DNA of 64,000 nucleotides, taken from the IMG/VR virus record IMGVR_UViG_3300020463_002275, positions 96,001 through 160,000 of that record, one strand, 5' to 3'. Every line of letters starts with the position of its first letter. Position 1 is the first letter of the stretch. A program made the position numbers and the translations under genes. The notes under the pieces are model-generated. The model searched no databases, was not told the DNA's origin, and worked only from the letters and a program-made list of their open reading frames with translations. The stretch comes from a virus. Shown piece after piece: positions 25,101 to 36,000 of the stretch.

Positions 25101-26925
25101 TGATGTTGGTGTTACAGATAATATAACTGTTAACTCTGATTCTTTTTTGAATAATGTTGTTACTCCATTTTTACAAGTTGATGGATTTGCTAACCTAGGA
25201 ACAACAAGTTTTGTAGGAAATAGAATTACAACAAACGAAAGTGATGCAGATTTAGTAATGGCACCTGCAGGCTCAGGCAAAGTAAAAATATTAGGTAATG
25301 CTTTAATCGAAAATACAATTATAGCACCTGAAGCAAACTACAGTTTTTCAAGTGCAGTAATGGAAAAAACAAGTGGTGATAGATTAATAACAAATAATTT
25401 TACCACAGCACAAATGATTGCTGGCGATATAGTAATTGAAGGCAACGTTATAACAACAAATGTATCAAACTCTGATTTAGATTTTAGAGCAAGTGGTGCA
25501 GGAAAAGTAATATTAGACGAAAACGTTGACGTAGGAAAAAGTATTTCTGTTAATACTATAGGCGGTGTAGCACCAAATATTAACGCAGAAGATATTACAG
25601 CAGATTTTGCAACAATCAATACATTTTTCTCAGCACCATCTGCCATAGTTGGTTCAATTAGTTTAGCAGGAAATAGAATTCAAACAATTGATAGTAATGC
25701 TGATTTAGAATTTAACGCAAGTGGAACAGGTAAAGTTGTTTTAGATGAAATTGTTACAATACCAAATTTAACTGTAGAAGGAAATACAAATATAGGTATT
25801 TCTACTGCACCATCTGCTACATTTGATAATGCAACAGTTACAAATAATATAATTGCTCCTAGTAGAATTACTATGGAAGGTATTCAAATACTTGGAGATA
25901 AAATTAGAACAAAATCATCAGATAGTAATCTAGAGTTAGGTGCAAACGGAACTGGTGTTGTGCGTTTCAAAGAAGACACAACAGTATCTCAAAATGTTAC
26001 AGTCAATGGGACACTTACTGCACACAATATTGGTATAGCAGGAGATGTAGATTTAAATGAACTTGAAACAGATGGAAATATAGAATTCAATGACAACTAT
26101 GTGACAACTACTGTTTCTAATAGTGATTTAGAACTAAGAACATCAGGCGGTGCGTTTATAGATTTACAAGGAATGAAAGTTAGAGATAATGTTGTACAAT
26201 CAGGTTCATCTGCAGATATACTTTTAGATCCTGTTACAAACTTAAAAATAGATAGTACAGATAGTGTTGTATTGCCAAAATCTTTAACTGATAGCACAAA
26301 TACATTTAGTAACAACATTGGTGCTATACAATATAATTCAGATGTAAATGAAATAGTAGGCCTTACAAACTCCTTTAAAAAAGTACTAGGTGCAGGACTA
26401 TATAGTGATGATTTACAAACATCTGTAACTCCTAGACCAGGAAATAAAATAGAATTTACTGCACAAAGCGTCAATAGTATGACAACATCATATGGTGCTA
26501 CAACAATGAATCGCTTGGAACTGACATCTGGTATAGATATAGATGGCAACACAATCCAAACAAATATTACAAATAGTGATATAGTGCTTGCACCTGAAGC
26601 AGGACAAGGTAAAGTACAACTTGAAAAATTACATGTACTTGATAATACTTTTACTGATACTAACACTAGCGGTGCATTTAGTATTGGCGTAACAGACAAT
26701 GGTCGTGTTAAATTTAACCAAGATGGTGCGTTTGTTATTCCTGTAGGTACAAGTGCAAATAGACCAACTGTTGCAGAAATTGGTATGACACGATGGAACG
26801 TTGCTTTAGGGTACTTAGAAGTCTATACAGCAGGAGGCTGGACAGATGCTTCAGGATCTGGTGCTACTGTTAGTGCCGCAGATATGGACGAGATAATGAA
26901 TGAATTTATTCTTATCTTTGGTTAA
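22126..26925 (+). CDS. Giant fibre/virion structural protein (beta-helix-like domain, beta-propeller insert, SNxDL repeats)
   Basis: 1599 aa, GTG start; MAQVGRISG N-terminus shared with 27066; F(N/S)xDGTKM(F/Y)V propeller repeats ~24250-25010. Confidence 0.75.
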   Translation: MAQVGRISGPLLTANLERQGKDLDFRNQQTSTPLLKLKVGTNKIGVNTTSPAFPLHVSNTIRSTELTTPTMSPGNFTISGNDINALTGSINIKSDVRSAGIATQQLLIRDNNISTTVTNAEVNLLPNGTGTIELQANTNVTGNLHATGNITLDGSLVFGDTGDDSTRLADTVKFNADIDSNIIPDVNNSFDLGANYAKWDQLNFNTIEATNILGNSIFLENGLVQPASRVGNIFYVDKNGNDSNVGDHPNGAFLTLTRALSFVDASIQGQVAIHISAGEYEETFPLTVPSNVTIIGEDIRNVVIKPTVATNTNNAFLLDGETTIENITIQDYFSPGYAFSFKPNATVTSRSPYIRNVTVITKGSVTSANDPRGYDQGDAGKGLLVDGASVTSSSQEASMLFHSVTFITPGVESVKLTNGVRVEWLNSFIYFAQQGMLLERGTTGHLSTDGSTIQYGAEMRLIGSANVYGEFGIKADGAGTNAYLINHNFTYIGTGKSTANDPTLSIHANEVVEINSGRINYATVDETGNFRVGTALFVDQQTGKTEIESASIDFTNVDTLRIVTAGSTVTIDDTRVRTDFIRLRDNKLESLVGNLKIDSAPSASVNINANTNITGNLDTSGNTTIAGSLVSLGDADTDNISFNSDVTSGMTPNVNLAFDLGSATKSWKTAYAEKLTTDAFDIEGNRITTKDSNADLVIGANPNPPTVTVGPQLSINTTENAPRGLTFNNDGTKMFVAGTQGDDIGEYTLSVAFDVSSTVTYVDSLSVINNPTAVKFNLDGTKMYVTGPDTNCLTEYNLSTAFDVSTGVFSQNSPSWKFLVTPSEDDTFGFDFNNDGTKVYVSGNQRDKIYEFNLPGAFDISSITFVQELYVGLIDIEPFGIEWSPNGKRLFIVGTRGNGIDEFELTTAFDISTATHEGFYSIGGNPSGIHISPDGLKMFVLGNQNDKVKEYSTNTAYRFVAGISKIKMGGLTTGQAFTQTDVSTLDSGDVNSDVGVTDNITVNSDSFLNNVVTPFLQVDGFANLGTTSFVGNRITTNESDADLVMAPAGSGKVKILGNALIENTIIAPEANYSFSSAVMEKTSGDRLITNNFTTAQMIAGDIVIEGNVITTNVSNSDLDFRASGAGKVILDENVDVGKSISVNTIGGVAPNINAEDITADFATINTFFSAPSAIVGSISLAGNRIQTIDSNADLEFNASGTGKVVLDEIVTIPNLTVEGNTNIGISTAPSATFDNATVTNNIIAPSRITMEGIQILGDKIRTKSSDSNLELGANGTGVVRFKEDTTVSQNVTVNGTLTAHNIGIAGDVDLNELETDGNIEFNDNYVTTTVSNSDLELRTSGGAFIDLQGMKVRDNVVQSGSSADILLDPVTNLKIDSTDSVVLPKSLTDSTNTFSNNIGAIQYNSDVNEIVGLTNSFKKVLGAGLYSDDLQTSVTPRPGNKIEFTAQSVNSMTTSYGATTMNRLELTSGIDIDGNTIQTNITNSDIVLAPEAGQGKVQLEKLHVLDNTFTDTNTSGAFSIGVTDNGRVKFNQDGAFVIPVGTSANRPTVAEIGMTRWNVALGYLEVYTAGGWTDASGSGATVSAADMDEIMNEFILIFG

Positions 26926-26963
26926 GTTACCACTTATATTATCTATATTCATATAAATACAGT

Positions 26964-27060
26964 ATAACAAAGAATTAGACCTAAAATTCTTTTGTTATTA
27001 ATACTGTGGTCAACCCGCAATGCAAGGTGGTTGGAGGGACAGGATCCCCGTGTTAAGGAG
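26964..27060 (+). promoter_or_regulatory. Candidate structured 5' leader of the 27066 gene
   Basis: After TATAAATA (26952): 13-bp hairpin 26964-98, CAACC/GGTTG, GGGA/TCCC next to the SD. Confidence 0.4.
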
Positions 27061-27065
27061 TAGAG

Positions 27066-30000
27066 ATGGCAGTAGGTCGCATATCCGGTCCGCTCTTAAA
27101 GTCAAATCTCATTAGAAATGGGATTGATTTGGCTTTTGAGACAGACCTTTTATACTTAGATGTAAATAACAACCGCATCGGTATTAATACAGCAACTCCA
27201 CAACACGAATTAGACGTTGGCGGCACAATCAAAAGTACAAATGTTGTTTTAGATAAACTAACAGCAGGAAACATTGTAATTGAGAATAATGATATTACAA
27301 GTACTTCAGGAACAGTCAACTTAGGTACTGCTGATCAAATTGTTTTCCAAAACAAATTAATAATTGATAGTTTTGAAATAAACGACAATACAATCAGAAC
27401 AACTGATTCAAACGCAAATTTAGAAATTGACCCAAGCGGAACGGGTACTATTGAACTACTAGCAAATACAAATGTATCTGGTAATTTACACGCTACAGGA
27501 AATATTAGTGCAGATGGTAATATAGTATTAGGTGATGCCGACACAGATAATATTAATTTTAATGCTGAAATTGCAAGTAATATAATACCAAATGCAAACA
27601 GCACATATAATTTAGGTACTAGTACAAAAGCATGGAATAATGTTCATGTAGAAAATGTTAACGGACAAATTATAAATGCACAAACAGCAAATATAGCAGG
27701 AATAAATTTAGGTACTAGACACGCTAATACTTTATATGTTTCAGAAAACGGTAGCAATAATAATGCAGGTAATCATCCGCAATCACCTTATCAAACTGTT
27801 GAGAAAGCAATACAAAATGCTACAGCAGGAGATACTATTCACATTTATCCAGGAGTATATCAAGAAAGACTGCCGTTAGTAATACCAGCAGGAGTTACAA
27901 TCAAAGGACATAGCATGAGATCAGTTACTATCAAACCTGATAGTGTTGACTCAGAAGATGTATTTCATTTAAATGGTGAAACAACTGTAGAAGATTTAAC
28001 AATACAAGATTTTTACTACAACAGCGGAACTGATGTAGGTTATGCTTTTAAATTTGCACCTAACTTTAAAGTTACATCACGTAGTCCATATATTAGAAAC
28101 GTAACTGTTATTACAAAAGGTTCAGTTACAAATGCAAGTGATCCAAGAGGATTTAATCAAGGCGATGCAGGTAAAGGTGCTTTATTAGACGGAAGTGTTG
28201 CACATGCAGATTCAAAAGAGGCAAGTGTTTTATTTCATGCCGCAACATTTATTACTCCAGGTGTTGATGCGTTAACATGTAAGAACGGTGTTAGAATAGA
28301 ATGGCTTAATTCATTTACTTACTTTGCTAATAGAGGATTTTATGCCACACACGGATCAACTGGATTAAAAGGTTCAGGTGAAACAGAATTTAGAGTAAGT
28401 GATGTTACAGGCACTTTTAATGCAGGTGAAACTTTTGCTGTTAACAGCATAGATGGTAGTACTGTATTAGCAAGTGGAGTCATTGACAGAAAAGATGCTG
28501 ACGGAAAATTTTACATTGATGGAAATGTACAAGGAATTACAGAAGCAACAACAAGAACTGCAAAAGCAATAGCATTTAATGGTAATGCAAAATTAAGCAC
28601 TACAACTAAAAAGTTTGGAACATCAAGTTTATTCTTAGTTTCAAACAGTTTTTTAAGTTTAGGTGCTCATGACGATTTTGGTTTTAGCACAAATGATTTT
28701 ACTATAGAAGCGTGGATTTATTCAGGTGTTACATCATTTCCTTTTAAAAATTCTATATTTGATTTTAGAGCAGGTATTGCAACAGATACTGCGCCTTACT
28801 TTTATTTCCAATCAGGAGCATTGAAATATAATGTTGGTGATGCTACAGTAATAAGTGCCGGAACACTATCTGATAACCAATGGCATCATGTTGCAGTAAG
28901 TAGATTTGCTGGTGGTACAAGATTATATCTTGACGGTAATCAAGTAGGTAGCACATACGTTGACAACAACGATTATGGAACTACAAAGCCACTTAAAATA
29001 GGAACTGACTTCTCAACAACATCTTTTTATCAGAACGGTTTTATAGACGACATAAGAATTAGTAACAGTGCAAGGTATCTTGATACAACTTATACAGTGC
29101 CTACATCACAAATTGTTGGTGACACCAACACTGTTTTTCTTACTCATTTAGATGGTGCAAATAATGCAACTGCAATTACAGAAGATGTAAAAGTAAAACA
29201 AAATTTAACATTTAGTGGCGGAGCAACTGCAAACTTTATTGACTTATACAACACAACAGACTTTGGTGCTGAAATAAGATCAATAGGATCTGCAAACATC
29301 TACGGTAACAAAGGTGCAGTAGGTGATGGTAACGGTGTGTTAATGTATTTGATAGGACACAACTTTGCGTACATAGGAAATGGCAAAGAAGTTACCAATG
29401 ATGAAACAACTGTAATACAAGCAAACGAAGTAGAAGAATTAAACAACGCAAAAGTTAGATTTACAAGTGTTGACCAAAAAGGAGACTTTAGAGTTGGAGA
29501 CAAGTTTTTTGTTAATCAAGAAACAGGCGAAGTTGTTTTTGATGCTGTAAATTTAAACATCAATACACCACAAGGTATTACTTTTGGCTCAGGCGGTAAT
29601 GTAACATTTATTGACGGTACTAAGATTGAAACAGGTGATTTTAGATTAAGTGGAAACACTATTGAAACACTTACACAAAACTTTGTTATTGATAGTGCAA
29701 CAAATACAGTTGACATTGAAGCAGATACAAACATAACAGGTAACTTAGCAGTTACAGGAAACTTTACACTTGGTGGCAATATCACAATAGGTGATGCAGA
29801 TACAGATAGTGTTGAATTTGCTTCAGATGTAAACAGTGATATTTTACCAAACACAGATAATACTTTTGATTTAGGTGCAACTACAAAGCGTTGGAAAAAT
29901 ATTTACGCTAATAATTTTGATAACGGTAATCTTAAAATTGAAGGCAATACTATATCAGCACAAGATAGCAATAGTGATTTAGAACTTGTTGCATCAGGAT

Positions 30001-31952
30001 CAGGATCAGTAGTTGTTCCTAACAATAATGTTGAGATAACAGGAACATTTACTGCTAATGATACTGCAACATTTAATAATACTGTTACAGTAAATAATAA
30101 TTTAAATGTTACAGGCGGAATAAATCAAACTGGTTCAACTACAACAATTAATGCAAACCTTACAGTGCGTGATGGATTGATTGTAGACAATAGTGTACAA
30201 TTTGAAAACATTTTTATATCAGGTAACAAAATACAAACAACTGATTCAAACAGCGACTTAGAACTTGATGCCGCTGGTACAGGAAGAGTAGTATTTCCAG
30301 ATGCAGACTTAGAAGTTGGTGGAAACATTGTTGTAGCAGGTACTGCACAGTTTGCGAACTTAGCGGCAAGTGGTACTATAACTGCTGATACTATAACTGT
30401 TAACACAGCAACATTTAATGGTCAACTTAACTTAGAAGATATTGAATTTAATGACAACTATATTACTACAACAGAATCAAATAGTAATTTAGAATTAAGA
30501 GCCGCAGGAACAGGTAAAATTGTTTTTCCTGATAACGATGTAGACATCACAGGTGATTTGAATGTGTCAGGTACTGTACAATTTAATAGTTTATCTGGTA
30601 ATGTTTATACTACAAATTCATTAACAGTAAACAGAGAACTTAATATTAATGGCCAAGTACAATTTGAAGATATTGAAATTAATGACAATTACATTACAAC
30701 AACATTATCAAACAGTGATTTAGAATTACGTGCAAACGGCTCAGGAAGTATTGCGTTCTTAAATGATGCAATAGCAAAAACTAATTTAACAGTTGACGGC
30801 ACTACTACTTTTGTAGGAAATATTACTGGTACAACAGCAACATTTGACGATGTAACTATTAATAATAATATGACTGTGCAAGGTCAAATTAATTTTGATA
30901 ATATACAAATTAATGACAATACAATTACAACAACAGAGTCAAACAGTGACTTAGAACTAGAAGCAAGTGGAACAGGTACAGTAATTATACCAAGTAACAA
31001 TGTTGTTGTCGAAAAAGATCTAACTGTACAAGGTGTATTGAATGCAGACAACTTAGATGCTTTAGGTAGAGTAACAGCAAATAGTTTTAGCACTGGTGAT
31101 ATTTTAATTGATGATAATTTTATTACAACAACACAATCCAACAGTGATTTAGAATTAAGAGCACATGGTACTGGTAAAGTAACATTAGATGATATTAAAT
31201 TTAACAATAATATAATAAGCAGTACAGCAGATATGGTGTTGAATCCAGGTAGCGGTGTGTTACAAATTGATAGTATTGATAGTGTAATTATACCAAAAGG
31301 TGCATCAGCAGACCGTAATAGCACACCAGTAACAGGTATGTTACGTTATAACACTGACACAAACAGTTTTGAAGGATATAACGGACAGTGGGTATCGTTG
31401 CATGATGGATTACAAGATGGCGACGGTGATACAAAAATTACACCAGAATTAATACCCGGAGCCAATGATAATGTTATAAGATTCTATAATGCAGGGGCTT
31501 TAACAGCAGATTTAACTAGCCAACGGTTTAGCACCAACAAATTAATTGTTGATGATATAGAAATCGACGGTAATGAAATAAAAACGATAACTACTAATGC
31601 AGACTTAGTATTATCTGGAAACGGAACTGGCGGAATTGTACTTGATCACTTCAAATTTGATGCTAATTCAATTACAAACACAGTTTCAGATAGTGTAACA
31701 CTTTTCAATTCAACTGGAACAGGTTACTACAAGTTTGCAGGAACAGGTGGAGTTGTAATACCAACCGGTAACAACGTTCAGCGTCCAACAACAAGTTATG
31801 CTGAAACAGGCATGATGAGATACAATAACGAAGACGATCGTGTTGAGATCTATGATGGAACAAACTGGGCTAGTGTTGCAGGTTCAAGCGGTGGAATAAG
31901 TAGAAATGATGCTGAAGGCATCGCACTAGAATTTGTATTAGTATTAGGATAA
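27066..31952 (+). CDS. Giant fibre/virion structural protein with LamG (ConA-like) domain
   Basis: 1628 aa; FGFSTNDFTIEAWIY...WHHVAVSR...GFIDDIRIS LamG signature ~28560-29190; tandem NDNYITTT.SNSDLEL repeats. Confidence 0.75.
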   Translation: MAVGRISGPLLKSNLIRNGIDLAFETDLLYLDVNNNRIGINTATPQHELDVGGTIKSTNVVLDKLTAGNIVIENNDITSTSGTVNLGTADQIVFQNKLIIDSFEINDNTIRTTDSNANLEIDPSGTGTIELLANTNVSGNLHATGNISADGNIVLGDADTDNINFNAEIASNIIPNANSTYNLGTSTKAWNNVHVENVNGQIINAQTANIAGINLGTRHANTLYVSENGSNNNAGNHPQSPYQTVEKAIQNATAGDTIHIYPGVYQERLPLVIPAGVTIKGHSMRSVTIKPDSVDSEDVFHLNGETTVEDLTIQDFYYNSGTDVGYAFKFAPNFKVTSRSPYIRNVTVITKGSVTNASDPRGFNQGDAGKGALLDGSVAHADSKEASVLFHAATFITPGVDALTCKNGVRIEWLNSFTYFANRGFYATHGSTGLKGSGETEFRVSDVTGTFNAGETFAVNSIDGSTVLASGVIDRKDADGKFYIDGNVQGITEATTRTAKAIAFNGNAKLSTTTKKFGTSSLFLVSNSFLSLGAHDDFGFSTNDFTIEAWIYSGVTSFPFKNSIFDFRAGIATDTAPYFYFQSGALKYNVGDATVISAGTLSDNQWHHVAVSRFAGGTRLYLDGNQVGSTYVDNNDYGTTKPLKIGTDFSTTSFYQNGFIDDIRISNSARYLDTTYTVPTSQIVGDTNTVFLTHLDGANNATAITEDVKVKQNLTFSGGATANFIDLYNTTDFGAEIRSIGSANIYGNKGAVGDGNGVLMYLIGHNFAYIGNGKEVTNDETTVIQANEVEELNNAKVRFTSVDQKGDFRVGDKFFVNQETGEVVFDAVNLNINTPQGITFGSGGNVTFIDGTKIETGDFRLSGNTIETLTQNFVIDSATNTVDIEADTNITGNLAVTGNFTLGGNITIGDADTDSVEFASDVNSDILPNTDNTFDLGATTKRWKNIYANNFDNGNLKIEGNTISAQDSNSDLELVASGSGSVVVPNNNVEITGTFTANDTATFNNTVTVNNNLNVTGGINQTGSTTTINANLTVRDGLIVDNSVQFENIFISGNKIQTTDSNSDLELDAAGTGRVVFPDADLEVGGNIVVAGTAQFANLAASGTITADTITVNTATFNGQLNLEDIEFNDNYITTTESNSNLELRAAGTGKIVFPDNDVDITGDLNVSGTVQFNSLSGNVYTTNSLTVNRELNINGQVQFEDIEINDNYITTTLSNSDLELRANGSGSIAFLNDAIAKTNLTVDGTTTFVGNITGTTATFDDVTINNNMTVQGQINFDNIQINDNTITTTESNSDLELEASGTGTVIIPSNNVVVEKDLTVQGVLNADNLDALGRVTANSFSTGDILIDDNFITTTQSNSDLELRAHGTGKVTLDDIKFNNNIISSTADMVLNPGSGVLQIDSIDSVIIPKGASADRNSTPVTGMLRYNTDTNSFEGYNGQWVSLHDGLQDGDGDTKITPELIPGANDNVIRFYNAGALTADLTSQRFSTNKLIVDDIEIDGNEIKTITTNADLVLSGNGTGGIVLDHFKFDANSITNTVSDSVTLFNSTGTGYYKFAGTGGVVIPTGNNVQRPTTSYAETGMMRYNNEDDRVEIYDGTNWASVAGSSGGISRNDAEGIALEFVLVLG
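30450..31180 (+). repeat. In-frame tandem repeats (~66-77 aa unit) N(D)NxITTTxSNSDLELxAxGTG
   Basis: Units start at 30450, 30681, 30912 (231-nt period) and 31110; further degenerate copies in both 22126 and 27066. Confidence 0.8.
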
Positions 31953-31956
31953 AGAT

Positions 31957-32286
31957 ATGGCAACGTTTTTTAGAACAAAAGTAATTAAAGACATAGGAAC
32001 ACAAAAGATTGTAGTGTTTGAAGTACCAGCGGCAACTAACGCAACAGTTATCGGACTGAACTTAGCAAACATTACAGACTTTGCAGTAACAGCAAGTGTA
32101 TTAATTAAAGATGACGGAAGTGTTGAAGGATTTTATGTTAAAGATGTTATGATACCTCCCCAAACAGCATTCAAGGCAATGATTGGTGGAGAAAAAATTG
32201 TTTTGCCAACAGGACATCAATTAATAGTACAGTCTAGTTCAACTGCCAGCATTGATGCTGTTGTAAGTTATGTGGATATACAGTAA
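31957..32286 (+). CDS. Small beta-rich virion protein
   Basis: 109 aa, paralog of 20271 and 43082. Confidence 0.6.
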   Translation: MATFFRTKVIKDIGTQKIVVFEVPAATNATVIGLNLANITDFAVTASVLIKDDGSVEGFYVKDVMIPPQTAFKAMIGGEKIVLPTGHQLIVQSSSTASIDAVVSYVDIQ

Positions 32287-32296
32287 GGAGAAATAA

Positions 32297-33025
32297 ATGA
32301 GTCAATATGCAGGAAATGATGTAACAAATGTAACTGGAAACATTGACGGTAGATATCTGTATGCACTACGCAGAACAGACCAAGGCGAATTATTTTTTAC
32401 TAAAATTGATCAGATGGATTCAAACGCAAGTATACAAATTAATAAACCTGGAGACCCACAACAAAATTACAATGATTTTGAACAAGGTATAGACTTCTAC
32501 GAAGGTAGAGACCAAAATCATGAAATTGTTTATCCTAATTTAAATTACGAACAACTAAGATGGGATAATAGACATATTAATTACTATATAAATGCAGATG
32601 GAGAATTTATACTTAAATTTAACGAACATCATGATTACTCGACAGATGTAAGCAGTGATGGATTAACAGATTACAATAAAAACTTTTATCAAGTTACTGT
32701 TGCTACTGGAACTAATTCATATGGAACAGGAAACAAATATTATTTTAACGGAATTACAAGTCCAACATTAAATTTATATGAAGGTCAAACTTATACGTTT
32801 GGACAAAGTAATTCAACAAATTCAACTCATCCTTTGAGATTATCTACCACACCAAATGGAACACATGCTGGTGGAGTAGAATATACAAATGGTGTAACAG
32901 TATTAGGCGTTCCCGGCGTCGAAGGTAGTTATGTGAAGTTTAAGGTGCCAGTAAATGCACCAACTCTGTACTATTACTGTACTCAACATCCGGGTATGGG
33001 CGGACAAATAAATACACTTACATAA
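32297..33025 (+). CDS. Virion protein with C-terminal cupredoxin-like domain
   Basis: HPLRL...LYYYCTQHPGMGG provides His/Cys/His/Met type-1-copper-like ligands. Confidence 0.6.
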   Translation: MSQYAGNDVTNVTGNIDGRYLYALRRTDQGELFFTKIDQMDSNASIQINKPGDPQQNYNDFEQGIDFYEGRDQNHEIVYPNLNYEQLRWDNRHINYYINADGEFILKFNEHHDYSTDVSSDGLTDYNKNFYQVTVATGTNSYGTGNKYYFNGITSPTLNLYEGQTYTFGQSNSTNSTHPLRLSTTPNGTHAGGVEYTNGVTVLGVPGVEGSYVKFKVPVNAPTLYYYCTQHPGMGGQINTLT

Positions 33026-33044
33026 TTAGTGGACAGGAAAAACA

Positions 33045-36000
33045 ATGGCAGAATTTAGAATTGATAGAATTAGATTTAACTGGAAAGGTCCATGGGTTAC
33101 CGGCACAGCATATAGAAAAGATGATGTTATAAGTTATGGTGGTAAAGTTTTTGTTGCTTTACAAGGACACACAGCAAGTGCAGACTTCAACACAGACTTA
33201 GACTTTCTTGTAGCAGGAGAATCAACACCTAAATGGGAACAAATGGGTGATGGTAAAGCATGGCAAGGCGATTGGCAACCAGAAGCATTCTATAAAGTAA
33301 ATGATGTTGTAAAATATAGAGGTATAATTTATGTCTGTATTGATAGTCATACAAGTGCTTCTACACTAAGTTCTGGATTAGAGAATGATGATGGTAAATG
33401 GTCTCCTTTTGCTAAAGGAACAAACTATCTTGCATTATGGACTGCAAGTACAATTTATAAGAAAAATGATTTAATTAAATATGGTGGTCAACTTTATAGT
33501 TGTCTAGTAGACCATACAAGTAGTACAGTTGAACAAGGTTTAGAAGCAGATCAATCTAAATGGGCAACATATAATAGAAGTGATAATTGGCAAGGTGCTT
33601 GGTTAGAAAATACAAGATACAAAGTTGATGATATTGTACGTTACGGAGGTAATGTATATCGTTGTATTGTTGGGCATACAAGTAATAGTGATATTAGAGA
33701 AGGTATTGGTTCTGATTTAGGTGACGACTCAACAGCGGCAAAGTGGGAACTAGTTGTTGAAGGTATTGAATACAAAGGTGACTGGTCAGGAGCACAATGG
33801 TATAAAACAAATGATATTGTGAGATTTGGACCAAACTTGTACAAAGCAAAACGCGGTATGAGTGGTACAGACACATTTAATGATACTGCTGATTGGGACA
33901 TATGGTTACCAGGTTTAGGATTTGAAGAAATATGGAATCCTAACGAAGCATATCAACCAGGAGATATAGTACAGTACGGAGGATATACCTATACTGCGTT
34001 AACTATTAACATTGGTTCAAATCCAAGTGCATTTGGCTTAGAACAAGATGGCGTAGGTGCTGACTGGGAAGTACTTATACGTGGATACAAAATGAAAGGC
34101 GAATGGGATATAAGCAATAATTATGCTCCAGGTAGTGTTATACGCAAGGGCGGATACTTGTACGAAGCGTTAGTTAATATTTTAGCAAATGAAGTTATTG
34201 AACCAGGCGACCCAGATACAGATACATCATCAAAATGGAAATTACTTGTAACAGGTATTGCTTGGAAAGGTGAATGGAAAGAATCTCAAGGCACAGGAGA
34301 AGATAGTTCATTCTTCCAATATTATCCAGGTGAAGTTGTAATGGACGAAAGTGAAACTTACATTTGTAAAAAGCAACATTACAGTAATCTATATGAATCA
34401 AGACCGAGAATTGATACAGATACACTAACTGGTAACGATTATTACTGGACAAAATATATGGGTAATAACGAAAGTAGTGCGACAAATAACGTGCTACGTT
34501 ACAGAGGTGATGTTAGAACATATGCAACTAAAGATGATGGAAGTACATTAGGAACAGCAAGATTAGCAATAGGAAATTCAGGTGAACTGTTAAAAGTCGA
34601 CGAAGATACTACATTAAAATATGAAAACTTATTTGAAATTAATAAGGTTTGGTATGTAAGTACACAAGGTGAAGATTTACCTACGTCAGGTAAAAACCCA
34701 GCAACACCTTTTAAAACAATTAAGTATGCACTACAATTTTTACAAGGTAATTTAGCAGAAAGAACTCCTGCTACAGTATTTGTTGGAACTGGTGCATATA
34801 AAGAATTACTGCCAATGGTTATTCCAAAAGACGTTGCTGTTGTTGGTGACGAATTGCGTTCAACTGTTGTAATGCCGGCAGATGGATATGAATTAGACAA
34901 CATGTTTTACATGCACAACGGTTCGGGATTACGTAATTTGACATTACAAGGTCTAACAGGAACACTAGGCCAACCAAATGATAATTTAACAAGAAGACCA
35001 ACAGCAGGTGCTTATGTTTCATTAGATCCAGCAACTGGTCCTGCTGATACTTATGCACATATATCAACAAAATCACCATATGTACAAAACGTTACAACTT
35101 TTGGAACAGGGTGCATAGGAATGAAAGTTGATGGAGACTTACACAGCACAGGAAACAAATCAATTGTTGCTAACGACTTTACACAAATCTTAAGTGATGG
35201 TATAGGTTATTGGGCAAACGGTGATGGTAAATCAGAACTTGTGTCTGTGTTTACTTACTATTGTCATATTGGATATCTTGCAACTGCTGGTGGTAAAGTT
35301 CGTGCATTGAATGGTAACAACTCATACGGAGAGTATGGTTGTGTTGCTGAAGGATACGACATTGACGAAGTTCCTATTACCGGAACAGTAAACAACAGAA
35401 GTAAAGAAGCACAAGTTTATCAAACTTATACAGACAATAATGAAGTGCATGGTGTTGCGTATACACACGCAGGTGAAGGTTATACAAATGCAACAATGAC
35501 AGTAACAGGAAATGGTCAAGGAGCAAGTGCAATTTTTAATGAATTTAGAAATGGTGCAGTAAGACAAGTATTTGTTACAGAAGAAGATTCAAACTTTATT
35601 GGTGGTAGTAATTATACATTTAAAGCAAACAAAGCACAAATTGGTACTACAACTACGTTAACACTTAGTGGAGCAGAAGATACAACTGATCCTGCAGATT
35701 ACATCGGACAACGATTGTTTATATATGCAGGTAAAGGTGCTGGACAATATGGTAGAATTTCCGACTACAATACTGTTAGTAAAATTGCTTCTGTAGAAAA
35801 AGAAGTAAACGGAGAACCAGGCTGGGAACATGTTGTTGGTCAACCTATACAATCATCATTAAATGATACATCTCGTTATTACATTGAGCCAAGAGCAGTA
35901 ATTTCAGAACCTTCTTATCAAATACAAACACTAGGTTTAGGTGGAACAACACCGGCTTGGAACGATATTATTAGAGGAACGTATAGCGGTCAAGATATTT

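Noticed and set aside
30450-31180. CRISPR array or non-coding repeat array
   Set aside because: The repeats are degenerate, in-frame protein repeats. No repeat-spacer array was seen anywhere in the window.
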